Virus record (IMG/VR): IMGVR_UViG_3300034095_001474 | Coordinates: 64,001-128,000 of that record | Length of the DNA stretch: 64,000 bases | Reading direction: 5' to 3' (one strand) | Source of the DNA: a virus | Taxonomy: Duplodnaviria; Caudoviricetes | Shown here: positions 19,295 through 29,758 of the stretch, piece by piece | How the letters are laid out: every line of letters begins with the position of its first letter | Numbering within the stretch: the stretch's first letter is position 1 | Program-made: the position numbers and the translations under genes | Notes under the pieces: model-generated | Database searches by the model: none | Told to the model about the DNA's origin: nothing | What the model saw: only the letters and a program-made list of their open reading frames with translations

Positions 19295-21362
19295 TATAAG
19301 ACATTTTTGTTGTTGTCTTTTTCATATGTGCACTGCATTCATCTAACCACCCATTTTTTCTAGCTTCTTTCATAGAACCATTACTTTTTTCTTGCCATTC
19401 AACTTTATTTTTATATTTTAAAGCTTCAGCTAAGACATGTTCTTTAACTTTCCAATAACCCATAGGTTTTCTATCTTGTTTCATATGTGCAATACACTCA
19501 TCATAACAACCTAAAGGTTTAGCTCTGGAGAACCCTTCACCCAATTCTCTCCATTCTTTAGGTGTGTTCCATTTTCTAGCTTCTGCAATTAATAGTTCTC
19601 TGGTCCAAGTACCATTAGGTCTAACTAAATAGACCATATGTGCTGTACATTCATCATGCCAACCGTTTTTCTTAGCTGATTTATATGAACTTGAACTATT
19701 TTTAGACCATTCACTTCTTGTTTTATATTTCAAAGCTTCAATCAAAACAGTTTCTTTTGAATCCCAATAACCTTTTTTGGTTGATAATTCCATATGTGCT
19801 GTACATTCATCATGCCAACCATTTCTACGTGAAACTTCTAATGAAGCACCTCCATTCAAACGCCAATCTTTTATGTTATTATATTTCAACGCTTCAACCA
19901 ACACATTTTCTTTTATTTGCCAATACCCCATAGGTTTTTGGTTTTCATCCATGTGTGCTGTACATTCATCATACCAACCATTTCTAATTGCTGATTTTTT
20001 AGCCGCAGAACTTTTTTTCTGCCATTCAGTTTTGCTTTTATATTTTAAAGCATCTTCTAAACATTTTTCTTTATCATTCCAATACATTGGTGGTTTTTTT
20101 AATAATTCCATATGTTCTAAACATTCATCTAACCACCCATTTGTTCTTGCAGCCCATACTGATTTTTCATCAGCTTTAACCCAATCTAATCTATTATCAT
20201 ATTTTTTAGCAATGGATAACACTTTTTCTTTGGTCCAAAAACCAGCTGGGGTGTGTCCTTCAGCATATTCCATATGAGCTATACATTCATCATACCAACC
20301 ATTTTGGTTAGCTGAATGATATGCACCAGACGAGTTTTTACTAAAATCACTTCTTGTTTTATATTTCAAAGCTTCAGTCAACACATTTTCTTTTATTTTC
20401 CAATGACCATTCCTAGCAGTTGAAAAAATCATATGACTTGTACATTTGTCTATTAAATTTTGCTTTTTCGCTGCTTGATAAGCTCCTTGTTCATCTTTAA
20501 GCCAATCACTATAATATTTGTATTTTTTAGCAGTTTCAAGTAATACTTCTTTGGTCCAATACCCAACTGGTTTATTAATTTCAATCATATGAGCTGTAGC
20601 CTCTTCAAACCAACCATTTTTTTTGGCTGAATTATATGAAGCACCATGAGAATTTGGTCCAGTACCCCATTCACTTCTTGTTTTATATTTAAATGCTTCA
20701 GCCAATACGTTTTCTTTAATTTGCCAATAACCAAGTTTTTTATAGTTTTCAACACCCATCTCTGCCAAACATTTAGCGTATAACCCTTCAATTTTAAAGG
20801 CCGTAGAATATGAAGTGGATGAATTATTTTTCCATTCTTTAGGGTTATTATATTTTTTTGATTCTTCAAAAATTGTTTCAGCGTTCCAATAACCAGCTGG
20901 TTTAGCCTTAATATAACCCATTTCATCTGTACATTTATCATATAATCCTTCAATTTTAAAAGACATAGAATATGAAGTTGATGAACCCTTTTTCCATTCA
21001 GTAGGTGTTTTATATTTTTTTGATTCTTCAAAAATTGTTTCAGCATTCCAGTAACCATTTGGTTTAATTAAAAAGCTCATATGAGCTGTTGCTTCCTCAA
21101 ACCAACCATATTTACGAGCAGCAGCATAAGCTGTTGCATTATTTTTAGTCCATTCAGTAGGTGTTTTATATTTCAACGCATCACATAATACGTTTTCTTT
21201 AATTTGCCAGTAGCCATTTCGGTGTAATTTAGTTTTTTCTTTTGGTAAATCCCAACCAAAAATTTCACAAATATCTGGTATAATACCAGATTTTTTAGCT
21301 GATTGATAAGCACTAGGATTACTTTTACACCATTCTGCTATCGATTTATACTTGCTGTCCAT
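19287..21362 (-). CDS. tandem-repeat protein (12 x ~52-55 aa)
   Basis: same repeat as 18515-19294; 12 full units plus a partial N-terminal unit. Confidence 0.88.
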   Translation of the reverse strand: MDSKYKSIAEWCKSNPSAYQSAKKSGIIPDICEIFGWDLPKEKTKLHRNGYWQIKENVLCDALKYKTPTEWTKNNATAYAAARKYGWFEEATAHMSFLIKPNGYWNAETIFEESKKYKTPTEWKKGSSTSYSMSFKIEGLYDKCTDEMGYIKAKPAGYWNAETIFEESKKYNNPKEWKNNSSTSYSTAFKIEGLYAKCLAEMGVENYKKLGYWQIKENVLAEAFKYKTRSEWGTGPNSHGASYNSAKKNGWFEEATAHMIEINKPVGYWTKEVLLETAKKYKYYSDWLKDEQGAYQAAKKQNLIDKCTSHMIFSTARNGHWKIKENVLTEALKYKTRSDFSKNSSGAYHSANQNGWYDECIAHMEYAEGHTPAGFWTKEKVLSIAKKYDNRLDWVKADEKSVWAARTNGWLDECLEHMELLKKPPMYWNDKEKCLEDALKYKSKTEWQKKSSAAKKSAIRNGWYDECTAHMDENQKPMGYWQIKENVLVEALKYNNIKDWRLNGGASLEVSRRNGWHDECTAHMELSTKKGYWDSKETVLIEALKYKTRSEWSKNSSSSYKSAKKNGWHDECTAHMVYLVRPNGTWTRELLIAEARKWNTPKEWRELGEGFSRAKPLGCYDECIAHMKQDRKPMGYWKVKEHVLAEALKYKNKVEWQEKSNGSMKEARKNGWLDECSAHMKKTTTKMSYNV

Positions 21363-22860
21363 CTCTTATTGTTAAATATTCTTCTAAACTAACTCCCATT
21401 GCTGATGCAAAAATTTTATCATCAGTCCATGTTAAAACTCTACCATGACCTAACATTTTTTTAACGTCATTGATTGTTGTCATCTTATAGATACTAACTG
21501 GATTACTTAAATTATGTAATATATCTTTGAACAAATCAATAACGTCAAAAGTAAATTCTGGTAATATATTCTGATTTTTTTTATTGCTACTACCACTAGA
21601 AGTACCACCACTTCCAGTACTGGTTCTTTTACCTTTGATAACTGGAATCTCTAAATTATTAAAGTTTTTACCATCAAATAATAACAAATAATTTTTGTCA
21701 GTTAACATTAGAGCACCACACATAGATAAATGTGTCAAAGACATGTTGTGTAATTCTTTTGGTGTAAGTTTCAAATAGAATTTTTGAGTTTCTGGTCCAC
21801 CTCTAAGTACTCGACTAAACATTTGATAGATAACATCTGGGTTATGTGTTCCAGACATATCTATAATATTCATCAAATTAACATCATTGTAACCTAATTT
21901 ACCTCTGTTAACAACAACCAATACATCATACATGTTGTTTTTAAATTCAGTTATTATATCCCCATTTACATCACATTCAGAATGTGATACAGCAGAATTA
22001 ACACCCATTTCTAAAAGGATTTTGTTAACCATTTCAGCTTGTTCTTGTCGTTTACAAACAATCATTGTTTTACCTATAGTTTTATAAGTAAAAGCCCAAG
22101 TTTTTATTTTTGTTAAAAATGAAGGATGATTAAATTGTTCGGCTTTTAACCCGTATTTAATCCTAGCCATTAATTTTTCCATAACAACTTCTAAAGTTGA
22201 TTTGGTATCATCGTAGGTGAATCTAAACTTTTTAGTCACCTCATTATTAGAATCGTAGAAACCACTCCATTTATAATCAGATGCAACCAATTCAACATTT
22301 AATTTTGCAAACCATTCAGAACTAATTTCGTTTGATGCAATTACATATATATCAAATAACGGTTCAATATTTGGTTTATTCTCTCTTTTGTTTTTAGCTA
22401 CATGTTCTTTATTTTTAAGAATAAATTTAGATGGTGTTCCAGTAAGTAATAACTGTTTTGATGGTTTTACTTTATCGATAATTCTTTGAACACGTGGTGC
22501 TAAATAATTCTCATGTGCTTCATCAATTACAACAAAATCATAATGACCTTTTATTTTATGTTCGATATTAGGTAAACATAAATGCACTTGTACGTTTTCA
22601 TCTAAATTTGTTGAGTAAGTAAATGATACTTTAATCTCTTTTAACCTATCAACAAAGTTATCCAACAACACATTCGTTGAATGGGTTAAGATTAAAACTT
22701 TAGCTTTTGTAAAAAGTTTTAAATACTTTTCAACAACATCTATTGTTATTTCTGTTTTACCACCACCTGGAGCAATTGCTAAAACACATTTTTTAGACCC
22801 CAACACATAATTAGATGCTGGTTCTTGATAATCCCTTAATATTAACGTTCTTTTATTCAT
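21346..22860 (-). CDS. superfamily 2 (DExH) helicase
   Basis: APGGGKT, VIDEAH, LTGT, QMFSRVLR. Confidence 0.88.
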   Translation of the reverse strand: MNKRTLILRDYQEPASNYVLGSKKCVLAIAPGGGKTEITIDVVEKYLKLFTKAKVLILTHSTNVLLDNFVDRLKEIKVSFTYSTNLDENVQVHLCLPNIEHKIKGHYDFVVIDEAHENYLAPRVQRIIDKVKPSKQLLLTGTPSKFILKNKEHVAKNKRENKPNIEPLFDIYVIASNEISSEWFAKLNVELVASDYKWSGFYDSNNEVTKKFRFTYDDTKSTLEVVMEKLMARIKYGLKAEQFNHPSFLTKIKTWAFTYKTIGKTMIVCKRQEQAEMVNKILLEMGVNSAVSHSECDVNGDIITEFKNNMYDVLVVVNRGKLGYNDVNLMNIIDMSGTHNPDVIYQMFSRVLRGGPETQKFYLKLTPKELHNMSLTHLSMCGALMLTDKNYLLLFDGKNFNNLEIPVIKGKRTSTGSGGTSSGSSNKKNQNILPEFTFDVIDLFKDILHNLSNPVSIYKMTTINDVKKMLGHGRVLTWTDDKIFASAMGVSLEEYLTIRDGQQV

Positions 22861-22907
22861 AATTTTTTATTTATAATACAAAGGTATATATTATTTTTTA
22901 ATAAACC

Positions 22908-22942
22908 AAAAAAAATCCGATAAATTATCGGATTTTTTTTTT
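22908..22942. terminator. intrinsic terminator
   Basis: AAAAATCCGATAA/TTATCGGATTTTT. Confidence 0.75.
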
Positions 22943-24506
22943 ATTTGAACGTAGTGTACTCACCATTTTGAAAATTTATATGTTGGGCTCTACCATCTTC
23001 ATGTATTATAACATGTGATTGTAACCATGAACTTGGTCCTATATTGTAACCTACACGTAGTTTTGTAGATGTACCTACTGCTAATCCACCATCTTTTCTT
23101 CCAGGTGAGTGATAATGTCCTACTACACATTTAGTATTTAGTTTTCTAAACTGTAACAATGACCCACGACTTCCGTTAGCACCAACATCACCATGTTGTC
23201 CCAACTCCCAATCTTTAACTTTGAATGAAGTACTTCTATCCAACGTTGTCATCTTAGGGAAATTCTTCTCAATCAAATAAGGAATTATACCTTTAGGTGC
23301 ATCACCTTTCAAAATAGCATGTGAATATTCAATATACTCCAACGCATTTTTGATGTTCTTCTTCCAATCATTGTTAATAAGCCATCTATCGATAAAGTCA
23401 TCGTGGTTACTTCTAACGATAGTTACGTTGTATTTCTCAACTTTCTTCAACCACTCCAACATGTTTTCAACCTCACGTTTTACAGAGTTTGTACCATCTT
23501 GTTCTCTACGATATAATTGGAACGCATCTTTTGATTCGTGGTGACTAATAGAATGACCATCAAATACATCATGCAATACAACGTTTGCTGGTTTTAAGTT
23601 CTTTAACAACACATTAAGAGTTACATCAATAACTTCATCATCATGATGACCTAAGTGTAAATCACCCAACACAACTGCTGCAATTGTTTTTACTCTAGAA
23701 ACGTTACCTTTGGATACATTATGATACAAATCAGTAAACTCACCAGTTTTGTCATCAGCTGTTACTTGTCTGATAAAGAAAACTTCATCATCTTTAATCT
23801 CAACGATACAAAATCCGAATGTGTGGTGAAAATCACCTACCTTTCCAGACTTTGAATCAGTATAATTCTTTTCTGTAATCGAACCAGTGGTAAGCATTAT
23901 TTTAGGTACGTTACCATCTAGTACTGGAATCATTTCCATTTGTACTTTAGGTGCACCGAAAATACATGAATTCATACCACTTAAAGCATTCATACCAGTC
24001 ATTGGATTAACCGCAGTAGGTTGTACCTTGATATCACTCATGATACTAACGTATTTGTGTATGTCATGTCTGTTCGCATCCAAGTATTTTAAGATACTTT
24101 GGTCCCAAAATTCATTGTCTTCTTGCTCTGTAGTCCATGTACTAGTAGGGTTTTTGTATCTACCAGCGATAACATGTACAGATGCATTGATATATTCAGC
24201 GTATGCCTCTATGTTTTTAAGTAATCCAGAGTTAACTGGTGTGTTGTTTTGAGCCCATGTAACGATAAAACGCTTTTTATTGGTATCAAACTCCTTATTT
24301 TGAGCTAAAGTATATTGTTCTGGTACAACTTCATCTCTTTCTTTAAGTTTTAGCTTCTCTGAAACCCATTTTCTAATGGTTCTTTGTGTTACACCGAACT
24401 CAACAGCTAAATTATCAGCCCTTTTATCCCAAGATGTATTACCTTTGTCATTATAAACAGCAGTAATGTAATCTATTTGCAATTCTGTTAACTTTTTAAA
24501 CTTCAT
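22941..24506 (-). CDS. HTH plus metallophosphoesterase-fold protein (T5 A1-like)
   Basis: N-terminal HTH, FIVTWAQNNT, GDLH, HDVFDG, SNHD, HGD, GHYHSP. Confidence 0.65.
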   Translation of the reverse strand: MKFKKLTELQIDYITAVYNDKGNTSWDKRADNLAVEFGVTQRTIRKWVSEKLKLKERDEVVPEQYTLAQNKEFDTNKKRFIVTWAQNNTPVNSGLLKNIEAYAEYINASVHVIAGRYKNPTSTWTTEQEDNEFWDQSILKYLDANRHDIHKYVSIMSDIKVQPTAVNPMTGMNALSGMNSCIFGAPKVQMEMIPVLDGNVPKIMLTTGSITEKNYTDSKSGKVGDFHHTFGFCIVEIKDDEVFFIRQVTADDKTGEFTDLYHNVSKGNVSRVKTIAAVVLGDLHLGHHDDEVIDVTLNVLLKNLKPANVVLHDVFDGHSISHHESKDAFQLYRREQDGTNSVKREVENMLEWLKKVEKYNVTIVRSNHDDFIDRWLINNDWKKNIKNALEYIEYSHAILKGDAPKGIIPYLIEKNFPKMTTLDRSTSFKVKDWELGQHGDVGANGSRGSLLQFRKLNTKCVVGHYHSPGRKDGGLAVGTSTKLRVGYNIGPSSWLQSHVIIHEDGRAQHINFQNGEYTTFK

Positions 24507-24534
24507 ATTTTTAAATTTATGTAAATATACAATT

Positions 24535-25071
24535 TTATATTGAAGGATACAACTTTGAAAGTGTTTTTTTCATCTTTATTTTACTTCTAAGTAGGTTTGT
24601 CTTAGATGAACTAACACTAATACCCAAAATTTTAGCTATTTCTTGATGGGATTTCTCTTCCAAGTAATACAAAGTAACAACTTTCTTATATTGAGGTGAT
24701 AAACTATCAATCAAAGTGGATATGTCGTTTATGAATATATCATAAAACGATTCTTGTTCATAATAATTAAACAAACCATCATGTATTTCAACCATGTTTA
24801 TATTCTTTTTCTTTCTATATAAGTCTATAGTTCTATTTTTAACGATTACTCGCATCCAAGCCTCTAGACTAGCTGTAGTGTTACCATTAAATCTATATAT
24901 GTTTTCATATATACTAATAAATGATTCTTGTACTAGGTCTTGCACATCGCTACCACCGTTAGAATATTTGTAAGCAACACTTAACATCTTTTGATAAAAG
25001 AGTTTATGTAACATATATTGAGCTCTAGAGTTGTTATCTTTGCAACCTTGAACAATTTTATCCAGTTCCAT
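24535..25071 (-). CDS. ECF-type sigma-70 factor
   Basis: DVQDLVQESF..EAWMRVIVKN; region 4 SHQEIAKILGISVSSSKTNLLR. Confidence 0.9.
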   Translation of the reverse strand: MELDKIVQGCKDNNSRAQYMLHKLFYQKMLSVAYKYSNGGSDVQDLVQESFISIYENIYRFNGNTTASLEAWMRVIVKNRTIDLYRKKKNINMVEIHDGLFNYYEQESFYDIFINDISTLIDSLSPQYKKVVTLYYLEEKSHQEIAKILGISVSSSKTNLLRSKIKMKKTLSKLYPSI

Positions 25072-25085
25072 TATTTTGTTTTTAG

Positions 25086-25328
25086 TTACCAACTACCAAC
25101 ATCAGTCAAATCCAATTTAGTACCATCAGCACATTTAACCACTTCTATCACACCTAAACCAGTAGGTGTGAAACAGAATGTGTATGCACCACCAATAGCA
25201 CCAACATTAACTTCACCCTTTGCCTTGTTCTTTTCAATACGCCATGTATCGAATTTTTTCATTTGCTCTGCTGTTAGAGTAAATGTACGGTCTTCATAGA
25301 CCTTTTCTTTTTTATCGCTCACTATCAA
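25086..25328 (-). CDS. hypothetical protein
   Basis: ORF with GAIGGAYTFCFTPTGLG. Confidence 0.65.
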   Translation of the reverse strand: MIVSDKKEKVYEDRTFTLTAEQMKKFDTWRIEKNKAKGEVNVGAIGGAYTFCFTPTGLGVIEVVKCADGTKLDLTDVGSW

Positions 25329-25436
25329 TAGTTATAAATAAAATAAATACTAACCAACCCCAACCTTCTGTTCCGTTAGAGGCTAGATATACAATACCAC
25401 CTATCATGGCCAATTGTAGTAATCTCATTGATGACA

Positions 25437-26483
25437 TCATACTGTTTCTAATTTTTTACCTTTTAATACTTCGTAACTCAAATTATTATTGATAGCGGCA
25501 ATTGCCAAACCAATTTGTTCTGCAACACTAATAACAATTGTTTTTTCACAACCTTTGATAATGTTATAACATTTTGTTTCATTAAATTCTTTATTACATA
25601 ACTCATTAGCAGTCTTCAATGCTAATGAATCACTAATAATAAGCGATTCTAATTTGCTTTCACCAATTCGTTCCATCGCTGGACCAGACAATACACCATG
25701 ACTGATTATTGCTCTAACTGATTTAGCACCAGCATCTTTCAACACTTCAGCAGCTTTACACAATGTTCCAGCTGTATCAACCATGTCATCCAAGATGATA
25801 ACGTGTTTATCTTTAACATCACCGATTATAACCATTTCATCAATTACATTGGCTTTGCTACGAGTTTTGTCTAACATAACATAATTAAGATTGATATTGT
25901 GTCTTTTCATCAATTGGTCTTTCATACGTTTTACACGTTTACCAGAACCAGCATCTGGTCCACATAAAATTGTTTCACCATCAAAAAATTTAGTCATTTC
26001 AGCTATGTGTTTATCAAACACGTTTTTACCTTCGATGTGTGTTAGTGGTATGTTGAAGAATCCTTGTATTTGGTCAGCATGTAAATCAAATGTAATTACA
26101 GATGTTGAACCACGATGTTCTAGCATTTCAGCTATAATTTTAGCACCGATTGGTCCTCTACTTTGGTCTTTCTTATCTTGACGAGCATAAGGAAAATATG
26201 GTAAAATCGGTATGATTTCTTTAGCCGCACCACGTTTAGCTGCATCTATTGCTAAATTCAATTTCATTATTTCATCAGAGTTATTTGGACTTGATAAAAT
26301 ATAAACACGTTTACCTCTAACCGAATCAGTAAAATCAACACATAACTCTCCATCAGAGAATTTTTGAGTTCTTAATTTACCCAACCCTAATTCTTCGTCA
26401 CGCATAAGAATATTTGTTTCTTCTAAAATAGCGTTTGTTAGTTCATCTCCAACATTTAATGAGAATAATAATGAATTATACAT
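25437..26483 (-). CDS. prs: ribose-phosphate pyrophosphokinase (or ADPR-PP synthetase homolog)
   Basis: FSDGE, PYFPYARQDKK, DLHADQIQGFF, PDAG, LDDMVDTAGT. Confidence 0.93.
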   Translation of the reverse strand: MYNSLLFSLNVGDELTNAILEETNILMRDEELGLGKLRTQKFSDGELCVDFTDSVRGKRVYILSSPNNSDEIMKLNLAIDAAKRGAAKEIIPILPYFPYARQDKKDQSRGPIGAKIIAEMLEHRGSTSVITFDLHADQIQGFFNIPLTHIEGKNVFDKHIAEMTKFFDGETILCGPDAGSGKRVKRMKDQLMKRHNINLNYVMLDKTRSKANVIDEMVIIGDVKDKHVIILDDMVDTAGTLCKAAEVLKDAGAKSVRAIISHGVLSGPAMERIGESKLESLIISDSLALKTANELCNKEFNETKCYNIIKGCEKTIVISVAEQIGLAIAAINNNLSYEVLKGKKLETV

Positions 26484-26503
26484 ATTTTTAATTTTAAAGA
26501 TTT

Positions 26504-26689
26504 TTATATTCTGTCAGCCATGCTTATCAACATAGTAGCAGCCATTATCATAAGAAATTGAATGAAACCTATTTGGGTAAATAAGCTATATCTTTCACTT
26601 TCAACTCTACCCATATCTATCGATTTGAATATTAGGAAATATCCTAAGAAATATATTAAAAATTGTATCATTTTATATTTCTTTAACAA
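26504..26689 (-). CDS. small membrane protein
   Basis: two hydrophobic segments. Confidence 0.5.
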   Translation of the reverse strand: MLKKYKMIQFLIYFLGYFLIFKSIDMGRVESERYSLFTQIGFIQFLMIMAATMLISMADRI

Positions 26690-26864
26690 TGTATTCCCAA
26701 CCAGAATCAGAGTTCTCAGTCAATATATTGGCCCAGTTTTGAGCTTCTGTGTTATCCTCAAATTCTAACACCTCATGGCTAGAATCCAATAAAACAACGT
26801 TTAATGTTTTACCATTTGCTTGTACTATCTTCTTGATAATACAAAAACTTTTTACAATTTTCAT
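26673..26864 (-). CDS. hypothetical protein
   Basis: ORF after promoter. Confidence 0.6.
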   Translation of the reverse strand: MKIVKSFCIIKKIVQANGKTLNVVLLDSSHEVLEFEDNTEAQNWANILTENSDSGWEYIVKEI

Positions 26865-26930
26865 ATTTTATATTTTTTTAATTAATACAAAGGTATAAAT
26901 AATATTTTGAATAAACAAGAAAAAGGTGAG

Positions 26931-27287
26931 TTATTTCACCTTTTTCCAGTTTCTATCGTGATATTTTGTTTTGTAACCACCTAATTGAAAACTTTGGTTA
27001 TGTAATATGACATCCAAAGCAACTGGCAACTCACCATATAGTTTGTCCCATTCCTCTTTTTGTTCATCACTATATTCAGCATAATCCTCAGTTTCAAATG
27101 GGTTAACATCTTCTGGTCTACCATTAAGAATTAAATCGATAGCTTCATAGATGTTATTTTCACCGAAAGGTAAAGACTCTTCTTCATCATCTATCCCAAC
27201 AATAAGATTGTTTTTGTCTTTGCTCCAACGCAAATGTTTTAACAATTTTATATGTTCTTCTTTTAATTCAAACTTTAATACACTCAT
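26931..27287 (-). CDS. hypothetical protein
   Basis: ORF in run. Confidence 0.7.
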   Translation of the reverse strand: MSVLKFELKEEHIKLLKHLRWSKDKNNLIVGIDDEEESLPFGENNIYEAIDLILNGRPEDVNPFETEDYAEYSDEQKEEWDKLYGELPVALDVILHNQSFQLGGYKTKYHDRNWKKVK

Positions 27288-27289
27288 AG

Positions 27290-27652
27290 TTAAAACGGTA
27301 AATCATCATCGCTTGGAGCGTTATTGAAAACAGCTGACTTAGTTTTCGTTTTTGTCTCCGTTTTACCGTTGACTGTTTCACTTACAATACCAGCAATCGC
27401 AATCGCTCTGTTGCTAGTGTAATACTTTCCTTGGTATTCATTACCCATCAACTTAAAGATGATAGTTACAGCTTCACCTTCAATAAAATTGTCTAGTGCG
27501 TTGATGCCATTTTCATCAGCAAATTCAAATTTGATGTCTTGTGGGTATTCATCATCTGAAACCACGACAAATTCTCTCTTTTTGAAATTGTTCTTAAACT
27601 CTTGGGTGTCAAATACCAATTTGATAGTCCCATTAAACTTGTGATAATCCAT
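27290..27652 (-). CDS. DUF3127-like OB-fold/SSB-like protein
   Basis: FKKREFVV..YPQDIKFEF; acidic tail DDDLPF. Confidence 0.75.
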   Translation of the reverse strand: MDYHKFNGTIKLVFDTQEFKNNFKKREFVVVSDDEYPQDIKFEFADENGINALDNFIEGEAVTIIFKLMGNEYQGKYYTSNRAIAIAGIVSETVNGKTETKTKTKSAVFNNAPSDDDLPF

Positions 27653-27664
27653 ATTCTTTTTTTT

Positions 27665-28387
27665 TTATTTTGTTATTAATTCATTTACTATTTCTGTTAT
27701 GCCTTCAACAGCATTTTTTCTAATGTACTCTACTTTAAGTCCGTAGTTAGACAAATAGTTCATTGGCTCTGGGTCAACGTAGATGATTCTACACGCATCA
27801 TTTTTGTCAGATACTTTTTGTCTAACGTTTGTAAGTACGTCCAATGTATAACCAATTTGTAAACTAGTTCCAACAACTATAAGAATATCTGCGTTGTAAA
27901 CTGCATCATAAGCTTCATCAACTCTATGTGGCATTTCTCCAAACCAAACTATGTCTGGTCTTAATTGAGAACCATTTTCTGGACACTTTGTACCCAATTC
28001 AATATCGTTGTAACCAACATGATATTTATTTTTTTTGGTCATACTATCACATGCCATGTTCAAAGCACCATGCAAATGAACAACATTGTGACAATTTGCT
28101 CTTTCTAACAAGTCAGATACATTTTGAGTTAAATGAATCACTTCATAGTCTTCTTCTAACTTACTCAAAGCCAAGTGAGCACCATTGGGTTCAACCTCTG
28201 GCATTTGTCTTCTACGTTCATTGTAGAAATTTAAAACTGTTTCACGTGATTGTCTCCAACCATTTGGTGTTGCTACATCATCAATCTTATGATTATTCCA
28301 CAACCCATCTATACAATCACGAAACGTTAGGACTCCAGACTCTCTATCTAATCCAGCACCGCTGAATATTACTATTTTCTTTTTCAT
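27665..28387 (-). CDS. Sir2/CobB NAD-dependent deacylase
   Basis: FSGAGL..ESG, TQNVSDL, HLHG, LRPDIVWFGE, VGTSL. Confidence 0.92.
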   Translation of the reverse strand: MKKKIVIFSGAGLDRESGVLTFRDCIDGLWNNHKIDDVATPNGWRQSRETVLNFYNERRRQMPEVEPNGAHLALSKLEEDYEVIHLTQNVSDLLERANCHNVVHLHGALNMACDSMTKKNKYHVGYNDIELGTKCPENGSQLRPDIVWFGEMPHRVDEAYDAVYNADILIVVGTSLQIGYTLDVLTNVRQKVSDKNDACRIIYVDPEPMNYLSNYGLKVEYIRKNAVEGITEIVNELITK

Positions 28388-28707
28388 GATAATCTTTGTT
28401 TAGCCTTTATTCCTCTTATTGTGTAACCAATAATTTTAATCATGAAGAAAAATCCACCTACATAACCAAAATTATACCAACCACCATTGTTATTCACCGC
28501 ATATACAGCAACATCATTCCATATAAGACTACCTATAAACGATGGAACCATAATTATTCCATGCCATGTCCCCCCCCAGAAACCATATGTGTGTTCTGTT
28601 GATGGTAAACATGCTTGTACATGTGATACATCAGCACAACTTGTTAGTGTGAAAATTGCAACAACTATTGCAATTATAATCAATCCTACTGTTCTTTTTT
28701 TTCTCAT
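28384..28707 (-). CDS. membrane lipoprotein
   Basis: lipobox LTSC; YGFWGGTWHG. Confidence 0.7.
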   Translation of the reverse strand: MRKKRTVGLIIIAIVVAIFTLTSCADVSHVQACLPSTEHTYGFWGGTWHGIIMVPSFIGSLIWNDVAVYAVNNNGGWYNFGYVGGFFFMIKIIGYTIRGIKAKQRLS

Positions 28708-29141
28708 TGTTCTTTTTTAATTGTTAAATATTCATTAACCAATATCCAATCAGTATCGCCATTGAAGCCAGCTTTGTCTTCAAACAATACATTCATGTAA
28801 GGTTTTTTATCGTAGTTACCATAACCTTCAAGGTTGGTTGCTATCTCTGGATTCTCATTGATGTAATCAAAATGAATGTTATTCTCTTTGAAATACTCAA
28901 TGTATTGTTCAATCTCGTGTGGATGTGAACATGTGTAAAGAATCATTACAACATCTTCCATCTCGCTAATCATCTGAAGTGTTTCTTTAGCAAATGGGTA
29001 GAACTCTTTTGGAATATTACCATACTCGTAATTGGGTTTTAGAATTGTACCATGGATGTCAAACACCCAATATGTTTTATCCCAATTTCTATTGAACATG
29101 TGTTCATAATGATTAATTTCTATTGACCTTACTATACTCAT
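28704..29141 (-). CDS. HAD-like protein
   Basis: WVFDIHGT, LYTCS, EDKAG. Confidence 0.7.
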   Translation of the reverse strand: MSIVRSIEINHYEHMFNRNWDKTYWVFDIHGTILKPNYEYGNIPKEFYPFAKETLQMISEMEDVVMILYTCSHPHEIEQYIEYFKENNIHFDYINENPEIATNLEGYGNYDKKPYMNVLFEDKAGFNGDTDWILVNEYLTIKKEQ

Positions 29142-29323
29142 ATTTTATAAATTAAAAATTTTTTTGAAATCTTCCCTTTTCATTGAAAAATACGCATCTT
29201 CATTTTTAAAAAAAACTGTATCACCCATATATGTTAAATTTGTTGGTGTCCATTTAGAAACATCATCAATCTTTAATATTTTAGAACCCTCATTGGCAAA
29301 ACCAACATTTACATCTGTATCCA

Positions 29324-29758
29324 TTAAAATAAAAGTATTTCGATATTAGCTTCCTTCATCATTTGAATCGCAGCTTTGAAGTGTTCACCCCATACTTCGT
29401 GGCTCAAATTTGGTTCTGGTGCTATTAGTTTTGTTATTCCAGATTGAATCATTGCTCTCGCACAATCAGCACATGGAAATAAAGTTACATACATTTTACA
29501 ACCTTTCAATGATACACCGTGTCTTGCTGAATGATATATTGCGTTTCTTTCAGCATGTTCTGTAAAAAAATACTTTGTTGGTCTTTCATATCTAGATTCA
29601 TCTGTATCATCACAACCTCTAGGTATACCGTTATACCCCATAGACAACACTATATTATCGCTATCAACAATTACTGCACCTACTTTTTTGTTTTTATCTT
29701 TACTCCAAACTGATATGTGCTTAGACAATTTGATAAACTTTTTATCCCATTTTTCCAT
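29324..29758 (-). CDS. dCMP deaminase family
   Basis: HAERNAI, PCADC. Confidence 0.92.
   Translation of the reverse strand: MEKWDKKFIKLSKHISVWSKDKNKKVGAVIVDSDNIVLSMGYNGIPRGCDDTDESRYERPTKYFFTEHAERNAIYHSARHGVSLKGCKMYVTLFPCADCARAMIQSGITKLIAPEPNLSHEVWGEHFKAAIQMMKEANIEILLF

Noticed and set aside
20585-21058. Alternative-frame ORF inside the repeat protein
   Set aside because: Frame shadow of the repeat gene.
18515-21362. Possible CRISPR or DNA repeat array
   Set aside because: Repeats are degenerate at DNA level and conserved in protein. No CRISPR array was seen anywhere in the window.
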